From assembly GCF_009914755.1 (NCBI RefSeq), contig NC_060934.1: a DNA stretch of 64,000 bases. One strand, written 5' to 3'. The position numbers were made by a program, and so were the translations under genes. Positions 50,197 through 64,000 of the stretch are shown here, in pieces. Under the pieces are notes generated by a model, which saw only the letters and a program-made list of their open reading frames with translations, was not told the DNA's origin and did not search any database. Each line of letters begins with the position of its first letter. Position 1 is the first letter of the stretch. Source of the stretch: the human T2T-CHM13v2.0 reference genome, Homo sapiens.

Positions 50197-50735
50197 CCCT
50201 TCACCTAGGTTCGCCTGTTGTATTGCAGCACTGCTGTCTCTTTACACATGTGTACACACCTCTCTCTGAAACACACGCCCACTAACCCTTCACCTAGGTT
50301 CACCTGTTGTATTGCAGCACCGCTGTCTCTTTACACATGTGTACACACCTCTCTCTGAAACACACGCCCACTAACCCTTCACCTAGGTTCACCTGTTGTA
50401 TTGCGGCACTGCTGTCTCTCTTTACACATGTGTACACACCGCTGTCTGTAACACACAACACGCACTACCCTGTCACCTAGGTTCGCCTGTTGTATTGCAG
50501 CACTGCTATCTCTCTTTACACATGTGTACACGCCTCTCTCTGAAACACACGCCCACTTCCCCTTCACCTAGGTTCGCCTGTTGTTGTATTGCAGCACTGC
50601 TGTCTCTATTTACACATGTGTACACACCTGTCTGTAACAGACACGCCCACTTATCCTTCACCTAGGTTCACCTGTTGTTGTATTGCAGCACTGCTGTCTC
50701 TGTAGATGTGTACACACCTCTGTCTATAACACACA
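50197..50735. repeat. 89-94-bp minisatellite x6 inside an old L1MC-like 3' fragment (~50130-51110, - strand)
   Basis: TCACCTAGGTTC recurs at ~50201, 50290, 50379, 50473, 50564 and 50658. Confidence 0.92.
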
Positions 50736-52146
50736 CTTGTATATTTTCTTTGGCTGAGCCCTTTGAAAGGAAAACTCCAGCATGCATTTTCTAAGAATAA
50801 GGATGTTCTCCTAATACAGTACCATTGTTCAAATAAGAAAATTAGTAAAAATTCTATGGCATCCTTTATCTGGTCCACATTTAAATTTACTCAGTTCTCC
50901 CCAAAATGTCTTTGATACTTTTTTTAGAGCTAGGATTTAATCAGGATTCTCTCATCACATTTAGATATTATGTCCTTTGGCTTCTTTTAATCTAGAATGG
51001 TCCTTCCCCCATTTTTTGTTACTTTTTAGGATATTGAGTTTTTTGGTGAAGAATCCAAGCCTGCTCTTTTGCAGAACGCCCCTCATTCTGCATTTTTCTT
51101 ATGACTTCCTTTAAGTGCCCCTCTGCTGTGCTATTGGTGTGCTGAAGCGCTCCTGCAGTTAAGATGGCGTCTGCAGGTCTGCCTGCCAGAGGTGCTCTCC
51201 TGTTTCAAATAGCGAAGCGACACTATTCTATGGATGTTAATTCCCCAGTGACCTTTCCTCGGTCCAGGGCTTCAGCTCATTGTTACGCTGAGTCCTGCAG
51301 AAGGGGATCTTTGTACTTCTGTCTACACTGGTTAGTTGGCACTGTGTTTTTTGAGTATTAGCGAGCATAGACACCTGCACTTTGTTGGTGTTGGTGGTTG
51401 TGATCCCTGTGGTTGCTTTGGTTTTGGCTTCTGTGATCCCCCCCCCCCCCGCCGTGGAACCTGCAGGGCCCTGAGTGCCACCATCCTGGCACAGCTCCCT
51501 GCCCCAGGCTGGGAAGACCCAGCAGCTCTCACTGCATTGACTCTGGTCATCTGTATGGAGCACAAAAATCTGTCAGAGCTTTGAGAATTGGGTGAAGAGG
51601 GTAGTTTTGTGTCTAGAGAGCAGGGCAGCTTCCTATGTGCTTCTGATATGGGGGTTGCAGGGATAGGCCAGTGTGCCCTGCTGTGCCTGTCCCCTTTGAG
51701 GGCAGGATGGAAAGGCCGAAGAATTCTGTCCAGAGGAGGACGCAGTGGAGCCAGGGCTTGGTGAGTTGCTGGTTTGTGCCAGGCACTGTTGGAGCCCCTG
51801 GCATCACCCCAGTTCAGAGAGAGAAACTGAGGCATGAGGAGGCCAGGTGGTTTGCTGAGGGTTTGGCTCTAGGGGGTCATTCCAGAGCAGTCCCTCCTGG
51901 TGCCTTCAAGGTGCCTCTTGTGTTATTTAAGACCCTTCTAGTCCTGTATTGTCTCTGTTCAGTTGCCATATTTAACTGGAAGATTTTATTTTTGTTTTGT
52001 GTAAAAAGAAAAGTTTTTGTATTTATATCACCAGAGTTGATTGCAAGTGCATGTTTTCGCTTCTAAGGCTGTTGCAACCGTGTGGTCTTGGCCATTTGAC
52101 TGTGAAGTGAAGTCAGTGCTGGTGGCATCTTTAAAATATCTGCTTA

Positions 52147-52540
<394 letters not shown>

Positions 52541-54548
52541 TTACTAATGTGGACCTATGAATACAGTTTCCTAGGGTTTATGTCTTCCTATTGGAATCAG
52601 GTGTGGGGGTAGAGTAAGGTGGAGTGTGTAATTCCCGTGTGCCCTTTCTCCCACATGGGTCTTCCAGGCTGTAGGCTGTGCTTCCATTCACCTGAACCAC
52701 GGGGGTGAGGTGAACGTGGACCAGACCTGCCCGGGCCATGCTTACTCAGATCGTTTACGCTTTCTTTTTTCTTACTCAAATTATCATGAACTAGCGTATC
52801 TTGTTGATGTGTACATCCAAAAATACGTTTTGAAAAGATCTCTCTTTGGCGCTAATTTTGTTGCTGTGTCGGGGCGAGTCCGCTGGGCTGTTGGACATTG
52901 AGCTTCCCCTCACCGGCCTGGCGGTTCCTCAGCTGTGCGCATGCAGGATGAGGGCTTGGTCAGCAGGTGGAGCCGTGGACGCCTTTATTGAACACAAACT
53001 CTTCCTTCCTGACATCAGATCAGCTGTAAACCTTTAGACGTGCCTCATAATGAGAAAAGCAGGAAATGAGTCATTTTACAAAAATGTTTCATCTGAGGTG
53101 TCTTCTTAGTAACACTTGCCTTTGTCTCCGGCATGGGTTTTGTAGGTTCGAGCCAATACGACAAATAAAACCTACAGAGTGCGTGATCCTTACAAATGTG
53201 TAGAGCTGTGCATCCGCGCCACAGCACACCAGGGTGAGGGCCTCGCAGCGCGGTTTAGGTCCTGAGATGTGCGTCCGCGCCCCAGCACACCTGGGTGAGG
53301 TCCGGGGTGCGGGTTTAGTTCCTGAGAGGAATGGCCAGGTTGTGTGTGTGTGTTCCGTTTGGTCACTTGTCTGGGACGTTCTGAACATGACTTGTAAGAG
53401 CACACCCTGGGTCCCCTGCCTTCCCTGCCACCATGTCATTCTGAGGGACCCTCTGCGCCGGGGGCTTCTCTGCAGTGGCCACGGCATCGCCAAGGACATC
53501 CGTGAGCCTCCGATGGGTGTCCAGCGTGTTAGCGCCCAGACCCACAGGGCCTGGCACCCTGATAGGTGGGAATGTTCGCCCAGGGCCGGGCCTGAGGCCT
53601 GCAGGACTGCCTGCTCATCCGGGAAGTAGCTCTGCCGGTTTTACAGGGTGATCCTGAGTTCTTTTCACTAGTTCTTTTCCTGAGCATTGAAAGCAAAAGT
53701 CAGACATGTGTTCTTAGGAAGTTTGCTGTTCTTGTTGATGTAGGCTGGAAAGTTATATGCATGGTGTTTTTAGTGATACCCCTTAAACAGAGGCAGTATT
53801 TCTTCAACATGTGTGACTAAAAATACCCTTTCTCACATAATTTATATTAACATGATGTGGAATGTGCTTTTCAAAGTTTTATCTTAGGGCGTATTTTCAC
53901 TTGTAGGAACTAAGCGTAAATTCTTTAGTATAGTATGTTGGAATCTAATGTCTTTTATAATGTAAATAATTAACTGTCTAGTTAAGGTGAATTGCTGTAT
54001 ATTGGGTTTTCTTAAGGCAAGAAGTAGCTCTAAAGGCTTAAGGTAACTGGCCCAGTTTTGTGATCCAGTTTCCAGGAGAGATTTTTCCCCACTTTCTTTT
54101 TTTTCTTACTGTAATCCCCATACTTTTACTTGCATTCTGTGCCTTTTTGAAAGACTGGAGTTTGAGTTCCAGTGCTTCACTGTAAGAAAGAAAAGTGTAG
54201 CGAAATGGGTCCCCTGAAACGTGTGGTCATTACCTTTGCTGGATGGGGATGGAGCTCCGTGCTGTGAGCTGCTGAAGGCTTTGATCCTACGTGTTTAGAA
54301 GGACCAGTCACCTTTTCCTTTTGATGTGTCTTATTTCTTTCCACTCTGTGTTGTGGCATCTCTGTATTATAGCAGGAATTTTACCATGATAGTACTTAGT
54401 TGGCGTAACTGTGTGGCTGTTTTTATTTGACTGTTTGTTAGTGACCCAGCGTGTACTGATTTATATGAAAAGCAATTTTAGATACTTCATATAGCAGAAA
54501 TGTGAAGTTGTAGTATGTGTTGTTATTAGAAATAATAAAAAGGCTTAA

Positions 54549-57396
<2,848 letters not shown>

Positions 57397-58839
57397 TGTT
57401 TGTCCTAACCACCAGGAGCTGCAGCTGGAAGTCAGTGCTTTTCACCTGAACTAAGTTCTTTTCTGTTCGTGTGTTTTTCACCCGGCAGTGTAATTCCATA
57501 AGCCTGGCCCTCTCCTGGCTGCTGCATTCCCTTGCACACACCCAGGGGGCTGAACCCACACGCAGGCCATTCCAGCGTGGGCCCTCACTGTGCAGACCGT
57601 GGGTGAATAGACGTGCCTGCAAGAGGCTTTTGCTGTCATGACATTTGCCTGTTTAGATCTCAGCCTCAGCCCTCAGACCTCCCTCAGCACACCCCAATCC
57701 CGTAGAGTTTTCCTCCCCTCCCCATCTCCCTTTTTTGTTTTTTTTTTTTTGTTGTTGTTATTTTGGTTGCTATAAAAAGGAGCTGACAGGCGAGGTGTCA
57801 CTGGCCATTAAGCCTCCTCTGTGGGTGGCAGGTGGCTCTGCCTTGTGCCGGGCTGGCAGTGTTTGCAATGCGGATAAACTTTAGCACTGAAAAAAACAGG
57901 AGATCATCTCAACATGGATGCAATATTTGAGGATGCAAAGTTTTTTGTTTTCTTCCTTTTTAATTCTTTGCAAACGATTTTAACTTTATTCCCAAAATGT
58001 GGTCTTTGGTGCTTTCTTCTAAAGAAAACAAAACACACATCTAACCAAACAAAATTTTAAAAGATCAGTTGAGAAATTATAATGATCACTTTGAAGTGAT
58101 GACATGTTTGTGTGCTTTTATTTCCAAACACCTGGGGGAGAGATTTGGTACTAAACACTGAGTTCTAGATCATGTGCTCAGAAAGGTAAACACAGTTTTG
58201 CAGCTTGTGTCATGGTGTTAACAGTTTTCCTTATGCTTTTAAAGGGAAAAGATGTTTGGAAATCGACATTTTTAACTGGATGATGGGCAGTTTTAATTGC
58301 ACCTGAACTTTGTGCTTGGTCACAGTCAGCATGCAGGTGTCAGCTTGGGTGTGGGCCTCTGGGTGCTGTCCGGCCAGCTGGCCGCCTGGGAGGTGCGTGT
58401 TGGAAAGGACGCATGTGGTCTCTAAATCAGTTTGCTTTCCACTTTCAGATCTGCTTTCTTTTTGGTGATGGCTTTTGAGTCCTTGTCTGTGGGGAAGGTG
58501 GAGAGCCAGCCGTCTACCAGGTGGTGACTTTGCGGACAGCAGGGCCCTGTGGAAGGGCCTCTGGGGCGGAAGTGACATGGAGATGAGGACGGCCTGCAGG
58601 CTGTGGGGCCTTGGAAGCACACCTGTGTCTCCTCTCAGTGTTACATCCCCTACCCATATGCCTGAAAGCTTGGTGGTTGTCTTTTTAATTAGATTACATT
58701 AGAGTACTTTAACAAAATGTTGTATGTATTCATGGGGTGTGAGTGCAGTTTTGCTACCTTGATGTACTCCACTCAGGTGAGGCCAGGGCCTTCAGCATAC
58801 CCCTCATTGGAGTGATGCTCGTTGCACGCACCAGGCAAC

Positions 58840-59120
58840 CTCCCGTCATCCACCCCGCCCCAGGTCTCCACTCTGTCCATCAGTCTTGTATCCACCCCAC
58901 CCTGGGTTGTCTCTGCCCTGTCCATCAGTCCTCCCGTCATTCCCCCTGCCCTGGGTCATCTCTGCCCTGTCCATCACCCACCCCGCCCCGGGTCTCTGCC
59001 ATGTCTCTCAGTCCTCCCGTCACCCACCCCTCCCCGGGTCTCTGTCCTGTCTCTCAGTCCTCCCGTCACCCACCTCACCCTGGGTCTCCACCCTGTCTGT
59101 CAGTCCTCCGCTGTCCCTGT
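58840..59120. repeat. Degenerate C-rich ~40-45-bp minisatellite inside an L1MA 3' fragment (~58700-59230, - strand)
   Basis: CAGTCCTCCCGTCACCCACCCC..CCYGGGTCTCTG units; flank ATGGCCCCCAGTTCTATCCATGTTGCTGCA is L1 3'UTR-like. Confidence 0.8.
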
Positions 59121-59751
59121 GTGCACGTAGTTTTGCTCCCACTTGCCAAGGAGGACACACGCTCTTTGTCTTTCAGTGTTTGCATTGTTTCACTTAAGAT
59201 AATGGCCCCCAGTTCTATCCATGTTGCTGCATAAATTAATAAAGGTGATTTTATTTTTAGGAAGTGTATAGATTTATATAAATACAACTCTTAATAATAA
59301 CTGGCTGATATCCAAGGTTATCATAAAACCCAGGCTAGGGTCACTAAGGACTCCATCTGTCGCCCGTGACAGCTTTTCGGAGCTTTGCTGGTTGGCCTGA
59401 GTATGGTGCAGATTCCAGAGAACTGTAGTGGGCAGCAGTTGGCGGGAACAGAACCTCACTGCAGCAGTCATGTTCAGGGGTGGTCTTGGGTGTTTCCTTT
59501 GTATTAGTTAGTGAATGTTTTGTCTTGTGACCACAGAAACTGCCAAGGAGACGTTAGCAGATACAGTGTGCAGCTGGGCACACCTAGGCCCAGTGGTTCT
59601 TTCTGTGCAAAGGAGAATCCTTGTCTCTTACCAGCAGAGCAGCGCTGTCCGTGCCACCACCTGCAGAGCTGCCGTTCCATCCTCCTCTCTCAGTGTCCTG
59701 TGATATGAACCTAACAGTAACTTCCTGAGCCAGTCCCTTGTTGATGCATGT

Positions 59752-60059
59752 TTTTAAATTTTTATTGGTTTATTTTTTTGAGACAGGGCGTCACCCTCTC
59801 GCCTAGGCTGGACTGCAGTGGCATGATCACGGCTCACTGCAGTCTCGACTTCCTGGGCTCAAGTGATCCTCCCACCTCACCCTCCTGAGTAGCAGGGACT
59901 ACAGGGCTGTGCCACCACTCCCTGCTAATGTTTGTATTTTTTGTAGAGATGGAGTCTCACCATGTTGCTTAGGCTGCTCTCGAAATCTTGGCCGCAAGTG
60001 ATCCTCTTGCCTCAGCCTCCAAAGTGCTGGGATTACAGGCATGACCCACTGAGCCTGGC
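59752..60059 (-). mobile_element. AluJ-like
   Basis: Diverged antisense dimer with CTGGGCTCAAGTGATCCTCC. Confidence 0.88.
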
Positions 60060-60552
60060 TGCCTATTGATGCATTTTAAAGTCGCTTCCAAGTTAGAATA
60101 TTGTTTTTAAAAGTGAGAGGAGATTTAGTGTATCTCTGTTTTACCCTTTTAAAGTTCCTCATTTAAGAAGGGCTACTCAGGAACTCATAAATAAGGACTT
60201 AAGGAAATGATTGCGTTTGAATCGCTCTACTGGACAGCTTTGTTTCGGCCTGTCAGATTCTGTCACTTTTCTTTGAGATGACTGTAAGACAGCCATCAGG
60301 CTATTGACACATACTCAAAACTTCCTAACTGTGAGGTACTTCAGGACAGACTCCGGAGACAGGTGGGGGTGTCTGAGTCCACAAGTCAGCAGAAACCAGC
60401 ATGATACGCAGAGCGGGCAGCATGGGGAGGGGTGGCTGCCTAAAGCGTCAGCTGACGTTTGGAAAAGATGGTGGTGACCATGCTGTGTGCATGGCCACTG
60501 CAGAGCCAGGGCCCGGGTGGCATGTGAGGGTCGCCTGGCAGCCTCTTATCAG

Positions 60553-61143
60553 CATCTGCGCTGCGTGCACTCAGCCACCCTCAGCCAGCTCTGTTTGAAG
60601 TCCCTGCACGCATCTGAGCCACGTGCACTCAGCCACCCTCAACCAGCTCTGTTTGAAGTCCCTGCACACATCTGAGCCGCGTGCACTCAGCCACCCTCAG
60701 CCAGCCCTACTTGAAGTCCCTGCACACATCTGAGCCGTGTGCACTCAGCCACCCTCAGCCAGCTCTGTTTGAAGTCCCTGCACGCATCTGAGCCAGGTGC
60801 ACTCAGCCACCCTCAGCCAGCTGTTTGAAGTCCATGCACACATCTGAGCCGCGTGCACTCAGCCACCCTCAGCCAGCCCTACTTGAAGTCCCTGCACACA
60901 TCTGAGCCACGTGCACTCAGCCACCCTCAGCCAGCTCTGTTTGAAGTCCCTGCACACATCTGAGCTGCGTGCACTCAGCCACCCTCAGCCAGCTCTGTTT
61001 GAAGTCCCTGCACACATCTGAGCTGCGTGCACTCAGCCACCCTCAGCCAGCTCTGGTTGAAGTCCCTGCACACATCTGAGCTGCGTGCACTCAGCCACCC
61101 TCAGCCAGCTCTGCATGAAGTCCCTGCAGGCATCTGAGCTGCA
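60553..61143. repeat. 58-bp VNTR, 10 copies
   Basis: GTGCACTCAGCCACCCTC at 60565, 60623, 60681, 60739, 60797, 60853, 60911, 60969, 61027 and 61085. Confidence 0.96.
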
Positions 61144-64000
61144 GGGTTTCTGGTGCTCAGCAGCAGAGCAGAGAAACACTTCATTTAACACCATCTTTGG
61201 AGAGCACGATGTTCCACAGAAGCGATTTCTCCAATGATCCCTCAAGAACCAACACTTTGTAAAAAAAAAGACTATTTCGTGTGTGTGTGTGTAAGAGAGG
61301 GACATACCAGTGCTTTAGGAGTGTGCACGCACTGCCACGCTGTCTCCCTGCCCTGATGGCCCCGCAGCCTGGGCGTTACTGTTTGTCTCTGTTGAGTGTT
61401 TTGTTTCAGCTTCTCTGGAAGTCAGCTGTTGCTTTTTGCCATTTTTGTGCTGGTTTCTAATGCTGTTTCTCACTCAATCCCACTGATTTCTCTTACTTAC
61501 TGCTCCTGAACATTCTAAAACTGATAACGTAGAAATGAAAATGAACCCTGAATAAAAGACTAAGGGCCATTCCTATGAAGAAAAAACATGAGTGCATCGG
61601 CGTTAGGAATTTCTTCTGTATACCAGAAGGCCGTGCTGCAAAACAAGTCAAGAGCATATATTTGGAAAATACGTCTGTACAGGCTCCTGCAGATGCAGTG
61701 GTTGTGAGAAACGGTCTCTGTCCTTGGTAGCCTTGACGTTCTAGGATGATAAGATCAGTACACGAGACAGAGCAGAGCAAGAGAACACAGAGCTGAGTGC
61801 TGTTACTGAGTCCAGGCACCACAGGTCAGTGTTTCTGTAATGGGTCTTCTTTCTTTGTGTCATAGCCAAGGTGAAGCTCTTCAGCTAGCAGAAGAGTGTT
61901 CTCACTGTGCCCCCATAGCTCATGGATCTCATCTTTAGAATCTTATTTTTGGCCGGATGAGGTGGTCAGGTTATACTGAACTAAATGTTCTCTTTGAATA
62001 GTCTGTGGAAAGGTTCTTACTAATTCAGTTAGTCAAATCTTAGGGAGGCTTTAGCATAGTCTGAAGTCACTTTAGAAGCCCTTCTCTGTGGGCCATGGTA
62101 AACACAGATGTTGCAGAGGCTTCTTGTAGCTTTGCTGTGGTGCCTGTTGGCAGCACTTCCAGGCCTTAGGGTGCTGTTGTGCGCCTAACACTGCTGACCT
62201 TATAATATTATAAGTGGCCAGTCACTTGCCCCCTTCGCTGGGAGGAGGGAGGCGTCACTGGAGTGACTTTACCTCCTCCTCTTCTGCACACTGTCTGACG
62301 AGGAGCGGGGCCTGCACACAGCCAGTGCTTAATAAATATTTGTTGCATGAACAGTTCTGTAGTGCAGCCCTTATCAGTGACTTAGTTGGGAAATCTCTCA
62401 TTATTTCTGCCGAGAGGGGTTTGGAGAGTAGCATGGCCCCATGAGACTACTGAGGTAGAACTATGCATTAGGAGAACTGACTTCTCCAGGGAACAGTTGA
62501 ATTTGAAATTCTGAAAAAGAATCACATGTGATACATACTTGATTTTTGCTTTGATTGATTTTTATCTGAAGGGTCCACTTTTTGGGGAGGTAGCCATCAA
62601 GGAGTATTGAGAAATGTGTCTTATTTGAATGTGACTTCTCCGTTTCTTGGTCAGTCCTCTGAGTTCGTCAAATGAATGCTTGTGTGAGTTCTTGAATTCC
62701 AAAAGGCGTGGGTGATGAGAAAGGCCGGGATGGAGCTTCGGAGACCCCGAGTGTGCATTTGGGCTGCCTGGCTGTGAAGAGAAGACCTGTTTAATGTGTT
62801 AGGAGTTGGATTTCATGCAGATAGCTTGGAAGTTGCAGGAAGGGCTCTGATGACTCCAAACACAACACAGCTACCCCATGTCTTCCCTTGCGCTATGAAG
62901 CGCCGCCTCCGAGGGGCACCCGGGGGTCCTGGCTGGCTTATTGGGGTGTCCTTTGGTTACTTACTCAGGGCACTGTTTTAAAGTCAGGACTGTTGGTGAC
63001 GCAGGTGTTGTACTTTTGTATCAGCGCTGTAACAGAACAGTTGACATGCCAAAGTAATAAAGTAATAAAGCCACAGTGCTGCCTGTTTCACAGCTGTTCA
63101 TTTTCAAAGATCTGTTCTCGGTACCTTGACTGAGAAGCCTGGGTTCCAAGGAAGGGGCTGCCGTCCACAGGACTCCCTCTCTGTGGACACACAGGCGTGC
63201 TCCTCAGATGTGAACACATTACCTTGAGGAAGCTGCGTTTTAAAAATAGGAAAGGAAACGATCGTCAGTGTTTGATGTCGTGCGGGAAAAGCACTCCCAT
63301 CAGCGCTTTGTGGCCCAGTGTTTTCCACATCGTGTCGTCTTTTCCTTAGTGAAATTTCGGCAGATTGTTATGCAGAAGCGGTTCTGTGTCTCTGTGTGAC
63401 TGGGAGACAGCTGTTCGTCCTAATGAGGATGCCAGCTTCGCGGCGTTTCCGCTGATGGAGACCCGCGGAGGGAGCGGAATGTTCCAGACCAGGCAGTGGT
63501 GTGCGGCGAGGAGGTGCTGCACTGTCAGCTGGAGGAGCACGCTCGGCTGCCCCACACGACAAGATAAATGAGTTTGCCGGAGTTTGGCAGCGTCGGAACC
63601 ATTTCCAGTGCACGGCCGTGCGCGCCAGCCTCCCCATGGGACCTGTGGGCTGAGGGTGCCTTGGAAACTGCTGCCTCTTTGCCAGTTCTTTTTTCTTTTG
63701 ATGTCCGACAATACTTGTCAGGATTGTGATTTATTAAAAACCTAATGTCTTTTAGCATTTCATTAACATGGAGTTAGGCGATCTTTTGTTGAGCCTTTTT
63801 TCCTATTAATTTAGCAGAATGTTCACTGAAACTTAACTTGGCCAAACCTCCTGAAGACTCCAGTTCAAAGAGAAGTTGGGGGCACCTCTCCTCTCATTCT
63901 TCCAGGCTCCCCCAGCAGCCGAAGTCCTCTAAGCCTCATTGTAACCTTCTCACTGAAGCGTGGCAGCGTCTGATTTATAGTCAAGCTCTCATGTTGTTCT

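Overview
Human (primate) genomic DNA from inside the WDR37 gene on the + strand, a subtelomeric 10p15.3 locus by recall. The window starts in intron 1. It holds the first coding exon (ATG at 14860) and nine more coding exons (exons 2-11 in the usual numbering), and ends inside the following long intron. The ten exons splice with canonical GT-AG junctions into one open frame of 1103 nt ([10 protein letters not shown]...VNVFQGHT-), encoding an N-terminal coiled coil, the disease hot-spot segment, WD40 repeats and an acidic loop. The rest is intron: about 30 Alus, old L1 fragments, MaLR LTRs including an LTR-internal-LTR element, two inverted Tigger1 copies, other DNA-transposon fossils and many minisatellites. 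Nearly all ORFs in the supplied track are Alu-, repeat- or chance-derived. I see no unknown gene or wholly new system. The best leads are regulatory: (i) an LTR-supplied intronic poly(A) site behind an exon 9 read-through frame whose length depends on one CGA/TGA codon; (ii) inverted Alus tightly bracketing exons 4-5, a circRNA architecture; (iii) VNTRs that are arrays of TF motifs (MRE, CRE/HRE); (iv) a tailless Alu with a perfect TSD; (v) a NAGNAG acceptor next to a CK2-type acidic cluster. Repeat boundaries and subfamily names were assigned by eye and are approximate.
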